A stretch of 63,219 bases of DNA, counting the filler, from Globobulimina sp. (Eukaryota): assembly GCA_003354225.1 (NCBI GenBank). It is 32 parts of 32 records of this genome, joined end to end, with 100 filler letters (N's around TTAATTAATTAA, not from the genome) between each part and the next. Parts side by side here need not be neighbours in the genome. Positions count along the whole stretch, not along the records: positions 37,608 to 39,485 come from PIVH01010972.1; positions 39,586 to 41,463 come from PIVH01010973.1; positions 41,564 to 43,441 come from PIVH01010974.1; positions 43,542 to 45,419 come from PIVH01010975.1; positions 45,520 to 47,397 come from PIVH01010976.1; positions 47,498 to 49,375 come from PIVH01010977.1; 26 more parts are not named here. One strand, written 5' to 3'. Every line of letters starts with the position of its first letter. The stretch's first letter is position 1. Under the pieces are notes generated by a model. That model searched no databases. It was not told where the DNA came from and saw nothing but the letters and a program-made list of their open reading frames with translations. Shown piece after piece: positions 37,608-49,475 of this stretch. Position numbers and translations under genes: made by a program.

Positions 37608-39485
37608 AAAGCATTGTTTATCAGCTAAACTCCGATCGTTATACAATGATACGATACGACATTCGAATTACGCAGAACGCACAAACCCAATTAAATGGCA
37701 ATTGATACAAATTGGTGAGACAAAATTGGATGATGTAGCATTACAAAAAAAATCATCATTCTGGTCCAGACTCATTAGATCACCGGACACGAATATCTTA
37801 AATAATAATATTAAAAATATGTATTGGAATAAATGGAATGATGAGAGATTAGATTTGAATGACATTTTTAAACAGAAACAAGATAAAAAAGCGACGCATA
37901 AAATTGATACCTTCGATGCGAAAAAGATTGAGATCAATAACGAGATATTTAGAAATAGTTTAGATGAAAAATGGAAATTTGTCGAGAATGAAAGTGAGAA
38001 TGAAGAGTTTTTAGATAGCAAACAGGCAAAAAAGAATATATTTAGACAAAAAATTAAGAAAAGGAAACACATTTATTACGAATTATTCGATGCGGCGATA
38101 AAATTAGAAAGCTCAGATGTAAAATTTATGAAAAATGTTGATTTTGCTGCGGTTCCAAAGAGATTGTCATATCATTTGAAAGCACTGAAACTGCCAAAGA
38201 ATCTATTTTGTTATATTACAGATGAAGAGGGAAAGAAGTTATCGTTCGATGAAAATTGGGTTATGAATTGGGCGGAGAATCTATTTTATTATGATGAGGA
38301 TCCTATGAATTTGAAGAAAGCAAACAAAAAAATGATTCAATTGATATTTTCAGACGGCTCAAATAAGGATGGTTTTGGCGGTGCGGGATTTTGGTCTTGC
38401 AATCTGGATTATTATTTGACGAGAGCTGATTTGGATGATTTGAGGATTAGAAACTATCAACAACGAGAAGGATTAGAAACTATCAAGTATGATAATGGGT
38501 ACAGTGACTATTTCTATGGTGCTGCTCCAACGGCCATTAGGAGCTCCATCGATCATTGTGAGTTGGAAGCAGCTATCAATGGACTAAGCAGTATGTACAG
38601 ATATTGCTTTGAAATTTATGAAAAGAATCCGGAATTGGTTCCGGGTTATCTGTGCTTAATAATTGATAATGAAACAGTGGTGAAGTGGATTGCAGGCTGC
38701 TATCAAGCAGAAAACCTAATTATTTATAACAAAATAAAGAAATTACACGCATTGATTGCGGATTTGGATGATTTTGATATTGATACACATTTAATTTGGG
38801 TGAAGGCACATAATAATGAGACGGGAAACGAAGCAGCCGACGACATGGCAAAAGCATTGGAATGAAGTGGAAAAAGAATATTCAGAGCAAGAATGGAACA
38901 GTTATAGCTATAACGCGGTCAAAAAAGAAAATAAACGCAAATCATTCTACAACACACTCAATGATTGGAAAGATTATAAGGAAGTGAAAAAAAAGGAATG
39001 TGATGCAAATAAGAAGACGCTAAGTAAGAATTTAATTGATTGGGACATTGCATATATGGATACGTATAAATTTGAGATGAAAAATCTGATGAGATGGCAA
39101 TGGAAATTCATAGCACAATTACGTTCTGGCCATACGGCGTTGAACGGACAAAGAAAATTCGGAGTCAAAACGAGAGATTGCGATCATTGTAAGGTGGCGA
39201 AACGATTGAATATCATTGAGAATGTGCTGCATTTTGTATGCGAATGCGACAAATACCAAGAACATCGCACAAAATTAGCTACAAATATTACTGAAATTGA
39301 TGAGAGTTGCAAAGCATTATTTGAGTGGACAAACAACGAGTTATTACGCAACCTATTATTTCCATATCAGGATAAATTGATGGATCCATCGATTAATAGG
39401 AATATAAGCGAAAAGAGGAAGTATTGGAGCCTACGTATTAATGTCTTAAAGGAAGTCAGTGAGTATGTATTGAAAACAGAAAGAA
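37608..39485 (+). mobile_element. Non-LTR retrotransposon 3' part: RNase H + CCHC finger, frameshifted near 38860
   Basis: IFSDGS, CELEA, IIDN, WVKAHNNETGNEAADDMAK; then QLRSGH..CDHC..ENVLHFVCEC. Confidence 0.85.
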
Positions 39486-39733
39486 NNNNNNNNNNNNNNN
39501 NNNNNNNNNNNNNNNNNNNNNNNNNNNNNTTAATTAATTAANNNNNNNNNNNNNNNNNNNNNNNNNNNNNNNNNNNNNNNNNNNNCAATGGCGTTTTTGC
39601 TGAGCTTTTTCTTCAAAATAAAGAAATCAATAGATCAATAGAATAGAATGTGAAGTGAACATGAAATGTATAAAATATCAAAAAAGAAAAAAAAAACATG
39701 TAAAAAGTCCAGAGAAACAACAAAAAGCGAATT

Positions 39734-41463
39734 TTGAAACATTCTGTACTATCAATAGATGCATATGGTAATTTCCATTTTATTTCGTGTAATAAACGAT
39801 ATCCGTTCTTAATATTACCAGATATTTTGGTATATTGCGATAAAAAATCTTCAATTTTATCAAAATTATTAAAATCAATTCCATACTGTTGTGACGATCC
39901 AAATGGAGGCTACGAGACAGATATAGAGGAAGAAGAACAAAAACAAAACTTCAATCCGTCTGATTATGACAGTGATTCTGGCGGTGCCGATTTTAGCGCC
40001 GCCGGCATGGATGATGATGATGACGATTTTATGGAAGATCCCCAAAATAGAGACACCGAAGGCGTAATCACCAAAATGAGTTGGGACGTATTGGACGCCG
40101 CAGAGGACCTTTGGACGGTGTTGGATGAGATATTCTTCTCCTATCAGCCACAGGAATTAGTTGACACTGTGACCAATGACGAAAGGGGCTTAAAAAAAGG
40201 CCTCCAAATGATTTTAGACAATTACACACAAACTGCACTATTCGCAGGCATCAAAAACTACAGCACTCATAAACGAAAACACAAATTTGATATTACAAAA
40301 ACAATGTCCATTCCCAATTATATCAAAAATAATTACAAAACAGAATCATTATGGTTTTATGGTATACAATTACACATATTTATGCATGCTTTTTTATACC
40401 ATACATACACATATATAGATGACAAAAATTATGGATTGGTCACGCAAACGATGGAAGGCGACGAAGTCTGCGAATATGAATGCGTTGACGGTACACAATA
40501 TCTCTCCGAATCCAAACAAATGGATTGTGACAATATCCATCGTCACCGTACGTATCCCGCCACCAATGACCGCTGTTTGTTGCATTTACAATATATAACA
40601 TTTGGTAGCATCGCCACTCCCTTTTATAAGACCAGAGAGAATTATGCACGCGAACAGAATCGGTGGTGTTTCAGCGACGTTTATAATGCCGGCAATGAGA
40701 TGGATATCGAATGCACAGTGATCGCATTCTCGTCCTATGGCCAACATTATACAGCGACATATTCCTACGATAAACCAAAGAGCGACCCAAAGGCCCATGG
40801 CTATGGCAACGATTTCATGCGCAAAAAGATAGAGTTTTTAGACGCCGTGGAATACATAAACGATGTCTCATATCTTAAGAAGTATGCGGTACGCGACGGG
40901 TATAACAAATATGGCGCCTTGGCCTATTTCAATGCGAATCAGCAGATAATCGCCATCCAAACCTATTGGGATAACCGCATTTGGATGAAACCCAATAATT
41001 TGGGCGACGAGAAATATTTACAACAATGGAAATACGCCAAATGGATCTGGAGAATATCCGTGATTATCTCGTCATATTTAACTGAATGGATCGGGAGGTG
41101 TCGATTTCGGGAAATCAATTCTTTCATTCAGGCGGTGCAGAAGAATTTGGATATGAACCATTGCATTCGTCGCTTGTTTAAGCCGTTTATGTATGGCACG
41201 ATCACTGCCAACCAGCACATAAAAACATTGTGCAAACCGTACGGTTTATATCATCGGATATTTGGCTTTACCTATTCTGCGTTTTGCGAGTTGCTAAATG
41301 ATGCGATGAAATCTTATCGGTTTAAGATCTTAAAAAAGAAATTTAAGCGATTAAAAGAATTGGACGAAAGCGGCTGTCCAGGTTTTGGTGATTTCAATGC
41401 GTTTTGGGTCATCATTCATGATTTTGTGAGTAAGTATTTTGAGATTTATTATGGTGACAATAC
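39734..41463 (+). CDS. Lipoxygenase-like protein with N-terminal extension, lacking the tandem iron-ligand His; partial
   Basis: DVSYLKKYAVRDGYNKYGALAYF, QWKYAKWIWRIS, NHCIRRLFKPFMYGTITAN, GLYHRIFGF; the HxxxxH site reads WIGRCR. Confidence 0.7.
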
Positions 41464-41802
41464 NNNNNNNNNNNNNNNNNNNNNNNNNNNNNNNNNNNNN
41501 NNNNNNNTTAATTAATTAANNNNNNNNNNNNNNNNNNNNNNNNNNNNNNNNNNNNNNNNNNNNTTTATTATGGTACGTACCGCTTCAATTTTGACGTTTT
41601 TGAGTTAGTGCTTACTTTCAGTTTTTTAATTATTTTTATCTTTGCACTCGCATTTGCAGAACGTTTTTCCCAAGGGTTACAGGGTCTTGACCCCACTAGC
41701 CTAGTTATTAAACGAATTCGAAATCTTAAATTTCAGAAAAAAAAAGAAAGTTATTTTTGTGCACGAGTTTTTTGTCGAGCGGTGTCAGTTTGATCGAAGT
41801 AC

Positions 41803-43441
41803 TCATTTTTGATAAAATTTTGTTATGGTCAGACAATCTCGTTTTCGTTGAATATCTGATTCTTGGCCAGTTTCCTTGAAATCAACATAAAAATTTTTAT
41901 TTCGGAATTCCGTTTCCATAGATTCTGAGTAATATGCATCAAACAGCCAACTACGTTTTTCCCATTCATAATGAATTTGAGCTGCATCCCATTGATATTT
42001 ATGAGTGGCTTTTAGTATAATTTGCATGTCATTTTTAATAAACAATGAAGTCTTTGATAGAACACATAAAAGTTGACCTAAATCAATTGGATATTGTGCA
42101 TATTGGCCATACCGATCCGTTGAATAAATCAAAACGTATTTAATATTTGGAAATAATTTCCATATTATTTCTTTTGGATTATTATTGATTGGATATATTA
42201 TTAAATCTTTTATTTTTTTGAAATATTTTTCAATAAAATCAAAATTAAGAACAATTTCCTTGATGCTATTTGTAAACGATTTGAATGTATAATTTATATA
42301 TTTTGGATAATTATTTTTAAATCCATTGATCTTTAATTTATGTCTAATTAAATTATTTAACATATTATAACTACAATTATCAACATACGGTTTTGTCACA
42401 AAATCCTCCGTTTCATTGCCATTGACCATAAACTGGAAAGCAAATAACGTTGAAAAAAATGCACTAAAATTTTGTTTTGTTTCTATATTTAAAATACTTT
42501 GTATTTTTATCCGATAATTGCCACCGAAAAATAAATATTCATTGTCTCCCGGGTAATGACTGATCCACGAACAAGAAAAAGAGTACAAACTAAAATCATG
42601 CCAAGTCCCACAATCATTTAATTCAACAATAATACCGTTGTTATTCTCATCCACATTGCATTTCATACACAGTATTTCAATATGTTTGGTTGTGCTTATT
42701 GCTCCATTTAATTTCATATCAAATTGGGACATTATCATCGATGGCAATCCACAATAAACAGAACCATTTGTTTTAACAAAGGATTCGCCGAAATATTCCA
42801 CTGGAAACGACAAAACAACAAAAGTTAAAATCAAGATATAATTTAATTAAACGAATACTATCAAGACAGACCTGTTTCTGTCAATAATTTGGACCAATGC
42901 CAGAATTCACAAGCTTTGTTCGCTATGCTTTCAATAGTTTGACAATTGTTATTTCTCTCAAATATCGATGCAAAATGACGGGATAAACGGATTGAATCAC
43001 AATATAAAATAATGGATAACACATTTGAGAGTGATAATTTTGTTCCAAATTCAATACCAAAATGTAATGGATCCTCATCCACCCAACACAGGGTTTTTTT
43101 GATTTGGGTGGAATGCATATATTTAGTTGCTTTGTTAACATATTTCTCATATTCACGCAGCTCGATATGATAAATTCTATTTGTTAATATCTCTTCTTTT
43201 AAGGATGAATATTTAAAGGAAATAAATATTTGCTTGTACTGATCATGATTTTCCTTTTCATTTTTATAATAATTCCAATATACAAATTTAAAGCCAATGT
43301 GGTGAGTATCAACAAAATACATATTTGAAAGATACATTTTAATGAGTTCGAATTCATAATCTTTTGTGTCTTGTAAACATTGATTGATATTGGAATCATT
43401 GCTATCATTTGAATTAATGTAAAAAATGACAGCATCTGAGT
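41803..43441 (-). CDS. Hypothetical protein with ADP-ribosyltransferase-like motifs, 5'-truncated
   Basis: VLSIILYCD..FWHWSKLL, intron 42801-42871, VYCG..GAISTT..GIIVEL..SWISHYPGDNEYLFFGG. Confidence 0.5.
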
Positions 43442-43541
43442 NNNNNNNNNNNNNNNNNNNNNNNNNNNNNNNNNNNNNNNNNNNNTTAATTAATTAANNN
43501 NNNNNNNNNNNNNNNNNNNNNNNNNNNNNNNNNNNNNNNNN

Positions 43542-44050
43542 CGCTTCACATATTTGTTTAAACATTTTGGCGACATTTACAACCCATTTATTTGGCCGTG
43601 TCATTGGTATCTGTTCTTTTTTTGATTCCGTGTCCACAAATTGCCGATAATCTGTCTGTGTATGAGTGGAATTAATGTAATCAAACAATTCACCTTCACA
43701 AAATTCCATCGCATAATAATAACAATGGTCATCATCCCATTCATCAATACCACGCACTAATCCTTTATGTATTCACTTATTTAGAATGTCTAAGTGCAAG
43801 GATCAAATGACATAGTACCTGGAGTACAATCCGGTAAACTGGTTAATGACATTATCAATTTACGTTCTTTCAGAAAATCTTCTGGAACGCGATGGCCTTT
43901 ACGACTGCGACCAGAATGTACTAACTGACGCCATGCCTCTTTGATAACGACGGCTTTCTTCGTTAATAAATCTGTGCCCGCATAAATACGACCTTGTAAT
44001 GTATCTGCAATCTCACGTTCGATACGAAATCGATCGGATCCAGATAACAT
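43542..44050 (-). CDS. Ser/Thr protein kinase N-lobe, 3'-truncated
   Basis: IADTLQGRIY, AVVIK, alphaC Glu, YAMEFCEGELFDYI, KMFKQIC; intron 43763-43818. Confidence 0.9.
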
Positions 44051-44319
44051 GATTAAGTTATTAGTTATATTCAGTTATTGTTTAAAATCTATATCTATTA
44101 TATCTATGTACAGGAATAACAGGATTTATTTTCAACACAACCAAACACAAAAAAATGTTCTTCTATGTTCTCATGTCTATTGGGAAAAGAGTTTTTAAAG
44201 TTGAGAAAAAAACTTTCCCTATTAATATTTCTGGAATCGGACCTTAGGCCGATTGAATTTTGCCCCACTAATATTAATATCGATCAAGTGCTAGACAGTG
44301 GTAATTCAAATATTTTCAG

Positions 44320-45273
44320 CTAATTAAAGCAGTCTTCATACACAACATATTTGGAATAATATTTCGCGAATAGAGCAGTCAAATTACATTCTTTTGGTAC
44401 GTCAAAAGGAATACAGAGATAGTCCATCCAATATATCTCACAAATCAATCGAAAGTCATTCGCATTCAATTCATCTCTTTCAACATTGAATTTATTCCAT
44501 GATTGTCCTTTATCGGAATTGTAACTTTGCGACTGTCTATCACGATATTTTGGCGTTGCCATTATTAGTTTCTTTGTTTCATTGTCTAAACCAAATTCGT
44601 GGAGAATTTCAGATAGATCGTGTCTCAAATCCTCTTCATTCAATAAACCAACATAATTTAATGGCAGCCATTTCCAGTAATTTACATATTGATAACTCGT
44701 TAAAAATAACATTTGTGGATATAAATGCGCGGTGCCCCATATTTCACTAGTCATTGATTGTCGAATTGCTTTTTGATTAAATTTGTTTTTATCCATTGTT
44801 TCCATTTGATTATGAATTTTAGACAAAACCAATCGAAATGAATCAATTCCAAGCAAGTTAGCATTCCTGTTACCTACAAATCCTTTATTAAATTGAGATC
44901 TTTTTTGAACTTCAAAAAATGCGGACAATACTCGGTCGACCGGATCACGAATAAATGTAAATAAATATTTATATTTGAATCTGTCATTTTTAATTTTCAA
45001 GTTTGAATGTTTGAATTTAGAAAAAACGCTATTCAACGTTTCTCGTATTGTGGTTCCTCCGGCTTTCCAAATATGAACATATGCTATGTTTGGATCGGGA
45101 GAATAGATTTGATTCCAATATTGAAACAGTGTGCGATTGAAATAATTTTGAATTTTGCATCGATTAACAAAATACATTAAATTTGTTAAATTCAATTTTG
45201 AGTCTAAATGTTTGTTATCGAGCACAGTTGTGAAGTTTTGGAAATGTTCGGAAGGAATGTTTAGTATCTTCAA
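44320..45273 (-). CDS. Sulfotransferase (Sulfotransfer_2 type); start uncertain
   Basis: 5'-PSB YVHIWKAGGTTIR, 3'-PB FTFIRDPVDRVLSAF, HLYPQ, IYWMDY. Confidence 0.85.
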   Translation of the reverse strand: MKILNIPSEHFQNFTTVLDNKHLDSKLNLTNLMYFVNRCKIQNYFNRTLFQYWNQIYSPDPNIAYVHIWKAGGTTIRETLNSVFSKFKHSNLKIKNDRFKYKYLFTFIRDPVDRVLSAFFEVQKRSQFNKGFVGNRNANLLGIDSFRLVLSKIHNQMETMDKNKFNQKAIRQSMTSEIWGTAHLYPQMLFLTSYQYVNYWKWLPLNYVGLLNEEDLRHDLSEILHEFGLDNETKKLIMATPKYRDRQSQSYNSDKGQSWNKFNVERDELNANDFRLICEIYWMDYLCIPFDVPKECNLTALFAKYYSKYVVYEDCFN

Positions 45274-45519
45274 AACACTAAGAAATCAAACTCTCATCCG
45301 AAAATTCGCACAATGCCGCAAATGATTATATTTCTATTGATCGCATTTTTAGCTATGATTTATATTTGATTGATGACATACCAAGGATTCATTGATGAAT
45401 CATTGATGAAATAAAGATANNNNNNNNNNNNNNNNNNNNNNNNNNNNNNNNNNNNNNNNNNNNTTAATTAATTAANNNNNNNNNNNNNNNNNNNNNNNNN
45501 NNNNNNNNNNNNNNNNNNN

Positions 45520-47397
45520 GTCCCAACACGCTAAAAATACCACATTCGGCGCAGACTCGATATTTATCATTGCGCCCACTTGCGATCTGTATCACATTCT
45601 ATACTTAAAAAAACATTGCATAATACAGCAAATATACATACGTTAAGCCAAAATTATTCAATTTCTTCAGACATTGCTGCTTATAACAAATATAAACAGT
45701 GCCCTGATGGCCTCCCAATAGATACCAAGAAGGCGCAGTTTTTAGCCATACACAGGATTGGTACACACGTTCGTATTCAGCGGATTTGCCGCCTAACTTA
45801 CTCATCACAATGGTTTTGGCGATGGGCAATATCAACTCCACATTGCGTCCGTTCCGCCGCTCTGTGCGCAGTTTCACCTCATAATATTTCACATTCTTCT
45901 TCCCGAAACATACGAATTCGTCCACTACGCCATCTTTCTCGTCGGTGTCGGAAATGTAAGGATTGATCTCAAAGCCTAAGATGTCCTGTTTTCCCATCAA
46001 TATATCCGACACAATATCGATTGGACAGTTTACGAAATTCTTTTTTTTTGACGTTACGTCTGCATTCAACACATCTTCGTGATCCACGCCGTCATCCAAG
46101 GAATTTCCGTGTTTTGTATCTTAAAAAAAAACAGAGAAGCAATTGTACGCGGTTTCAAGCTGGACGCCATGATCAAAGATGCCGTGAAGTAAAGTGAAAA
46201 AAAAACTTTTCAACATCTTGGATCATGTCAACGTTGAGAGTTGGCACAAGCTGTTTTTTTCGGTTCGAAATGAGAACAAATGAACAAATGGAAAGCAAAA
46301 ATACCTAATTTGAACAAATCAGCAGCATTCCATAGGACACATTTATGCATTTCCTGTGCTCCAATGGTATACAAATAGCCGCTATTTTTACTCCATTGGC
46401 AGCATAATACAGCGGCATCGTGCACTTTCTTGATCAACTTATGCAATACCAATGTCTTGTAGTTCCATACCCGTATCTTTGCGCGATCCGGTCCTTTCTG
46501 CACATGCCCGGTGACAATGATAGGCGCTGTGGGATGCACACAAATCGAGGATATGGCTTCTCTTCCATCCATCCAATGTCTCTGTTTGTTATTATTCAAA
46601 TTCAGCATAATGCCCGTTCGGGCCATCGGATATATTAATTCTTGCTCATCATGCGATAAAAAGAGATTTTGCCTCGATGCTACATCATAGCCGTCATAGC
46701 CGTGAATATATTTCAAATCTAAGTAATATTCTGGTAATTGGTCCTGTTCCTCGTCATAGGGCACCACTGAGGGACGTATTACATTTATATTCCGATTGCC
46801 ATATCGGTATTTTCTGTGTAAGTCATCATGAGGTTTAAACTAAACAAAGTTGCACTGGATTTGAACAGTTTGCAAGCAAGCTGCCATGAGGCAAAATGTT
46901 TGTACTTTGTAGTAACTGAAGTCCACTGACAAAAACATTTCAAGCATGGCAACATCGCTTGCAAACTGTTCAAATACTTTTTTTGAGACAATTTACAACA
47001 TCTAAATGGATTTCAACTGAATTTGAACAGTTTGCAAGCAGAGAGGTCATGAAATTTAACCTTTTTCGCTTTTCTTGGTCGACGCTTAATTTGCCACCTT
47101 TGGATTTGCCGCCAGTGAAAAATTCAAATGCGTTTTGTCTGCGCGATGCTTTGGACGTTTTAGACTGTACATTTGATGCGTAGATGGATTCTGTGCCTTT
47201 TTTCGTTTTTTTCGTTGTTTTTTTCTTGGTATCGCCGGAATGTAATAAATTAGCTCCGGATAATGATATCGATCGACCATGATTTGAATCTGATCTTTGT
47301 TTCCTTCCCACCCGCTCTTCATCGGCAAAATCTCTTTTTTTCCCGGTACGCTGCGCATTTAATACTTGTTTGGCAAATTCTTGCACATCGTGGGACC
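45520..47397 (-). CDS. EML/EMAP-like HELP-WD40 protein, partial
   Basis: LDLKYIHGYDGYDVASRQNL (HELP), QRHW..ISSICVHP, IRVWN, CFGKKNVKY; introns 46814-47060 and 46120-46304. Confidence 0.8.
46859..47039. repeat. Intronic inverted/direct repeat cluster
   Basis: ATTTGAACAGTTTGCAAGC at 46859-46877 and 47021-47039, exact reverse complement at 46957-46975. Confidence 0.85.
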
Positions 47398-47497
47398 NNN
47401 NNNNNNNNNNNNNNNNNNNNNNNNNNNNNNNNNNNNNNNNNTTAATTAATTAANNNNNNNNNNNNNNNNNNNNNNNNNNNNNNNNNNNNNNNNNNNN

Positions 47498-48137
47498 AAT
47501 CGGATGAAATATTTGAAATTATTTCTCCATTTAAAAATTGAATTGAATTTGAATTTGGACTCTCTTTTAATATTTTAACACATTGTATTTTTATATTACT
47601 TTCATTCTCTTTCTTTTCCTCATTATTTTCGCATAAAAACCACCGATATTTGGAAGTGGACAGAAATGAAAACCTTTCTTTCCATTCTTCATTTAATGCT
47701 GTTTTTGCATTTCTGTCTTGTTTTAAATTATTTATTTCTTGTTTTAATTTTAGATTTTCTTATCATATTTCTTTTTCTTTTGTTTGTATTGCATTGAATG
47801 TGGACACAACACCATCGATTTTAATATTTGTCGCCGAGAGGAACGACTCGCAATAATAATTGCATTCTGATGAGAATTGATTGGGCATTTTCCATTATTT
47901 TCCTGTATCATTTGATTTAAACGTACATTGCTTGCAATACAAACATATTTCTTCATCATTATGATTGCAGCCTAATTCCACCGCATCACAACAAACTGAG
48001 CCACAATCAGCACATAAATATGCTTGCATTATATTCTCCTCTTCAAATAATTGCCTGTTCCATCCCTTATTATTCACCTTTAGCAACGAAAGTACTTCAT
48101 TCATCTGACTAGCAACAGCAACGTTGAAATGCGACAT
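47498..48137 (-). pseudogene. TRAF-type RING zinc-finger/coiled-coil pseudogene
   Basis: CADCGSVCCDAVELGCNH..LYCKQC / LNQMIQENNGKCPINSH..VLCP; ACGT insertion at 47921-47924 and further disruption near 47760. Confidence 0.75.
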
Positions 48138-49375
48138 GCTCACCACTCAAAAACTTTCAGTGTAAATGTGCGAGTTAGGATGCCTTCCGTTAAGCAGCAT
48201 TTTATCCATTGCTTGTATTATAGCTGGCTATTTTCTGCAGAATGAACAATCTAAAGTCTCAAGCATCTTATTTTGGATCGGAACGGGTCTGTCAATTATA
48301 ATCTTCGTTGCATTATTTTCTATCATCGGACAAGATCGTAAAGCACCGCAATATGAACAAGAAAGGCATTGCTCCACAGATCCAAACATCAAATTGGAGT
48401 CCTCCAAGAAATACGAGTCTCAATTTGTCACTTTATCCAATGGCAACACCTTTTATCAACGTTGGATTTTCTGCAAAGATGATGATGCAAAATACGAAGA
48501 AGGACATGATATGATTTTAGTGCATGGCATCACCACCACTCAAGAATGGGAGCCGTTAATTAAAGGCATTTGTAACATGCAAGACAGCGCACAAAACAAT
48601 AAAATATTATCCATTGTGGCATACCATGCATATGGCAGAGGTTACAGTGATGCGCCAATGCTGCCAAATACTTTGCAATTATTTACAGCGCAGATATCCG
48701 AATTATTGATGGTTTTAGGCATCGGAAAGAAGATCATTTTGGTTGGAATGAGTATGGGCGGCGCCATTGCCGCGGGCTTTGCTGCCACATTTCCGCACAA
48801 AATACATAAATTAATATTGATTGGACCCGCCGGGTTGCCAGTACATAAACCGTTGATTGCAAAGTTGGTCAAACTCCCATTTGTTGGCGACGTTGCCGGG
48901 CCGTTGTTGTCCAAAAAGGAAAGCATTAATGCGATGAAAGGGGAAATATTGAATGAAGACAAGGAGTCACAAAAAGAAATAATTCGATATGAAAAGGAAT
49001 TGACGCAATGGTTCACGCATCACAAAGGAAGCAATTTCAGTTTATTGTCGACATTGAGATATTTTCCATTGGGGGAAATGAAGGAAATGTACTTTGATAA
49101 ATTGTACGATGACAAGCAGTTTGATAATAAGAATTGGTTGTTTTTGTGGGCTCGAAATGATACCACTGCGCCAATAGAGAATGCTAAAAGTTTTGAGGGA
49201 GTTAAATTGATTGAGATCGAGAATGCAAATCATATGGATGCAGTGGCGCATTATTGTGTTAGTAAATGGTTTGATGAGTTTTGGAATTGGCTTTGAATTT
49301 GGACTCTCTTTTAATATTTTAACACATTGTATTTTTATATTACTTTCATTCTCTTTCTTTTCCTCATTATTTTCG
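47548..49375 (+). repeat. 84-bp exact direct repeat (47548-47631 and 49292-49375)
   Basis: Identical TTTGAATTTGGACTCTC...CATTATTTTCG; the second copy runs to the contig end. Confidence 0.95.
48166..49296 (+). CDS. Alpha/beta hydrolase with N-terminal TM helices
   Basis: LVHGI, YGRGYSD, GMSMGG nucleophile elbow, WARND, ANH. Confidence 0.9.
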   Translation: MCELGCLPLSSILSIACIIAGYFLQNEQSKVSSILFWIGTGLSIIIFVALFSIIGQDRKAPQYEQERHCSTDPNIKLESSKKYESQFVTLSNGNTFYQRWIFCKDDDAKYEEGHDMILVHGITTTQEWEPLIKGICNMQDSAQNNKILSIVAYHAYGRGYSDAPMLPNTLQLFTAQISELLMVLGIGKKIILVGMSMGGAIAAGFAATFPHKIHKLILIGPAGLPVHKPLIAKLVKLPFVGDVAGPLLSKKESINAMKGEILNEDKESQKEIIRYEKELTQWFTHHKGSNFSLLSTLRYFPLGEMKEMYFDKLYDDKQFDNKNWLFLWARNDTTAPIENAKSFEGVKLIEIENANHMDAVAHYCVSKWFDEFWNWL

Positions 49376-49475
49376 NNNNNNNNNNNNNNNNNNNNNNNNN
49401 NNNNNNNNNNNNNNNNNNNTTAATTAATTAANNNNNNNNNNNNNNNNNNNNNNNNNNNNNNNNNNNNNNNNNNNN

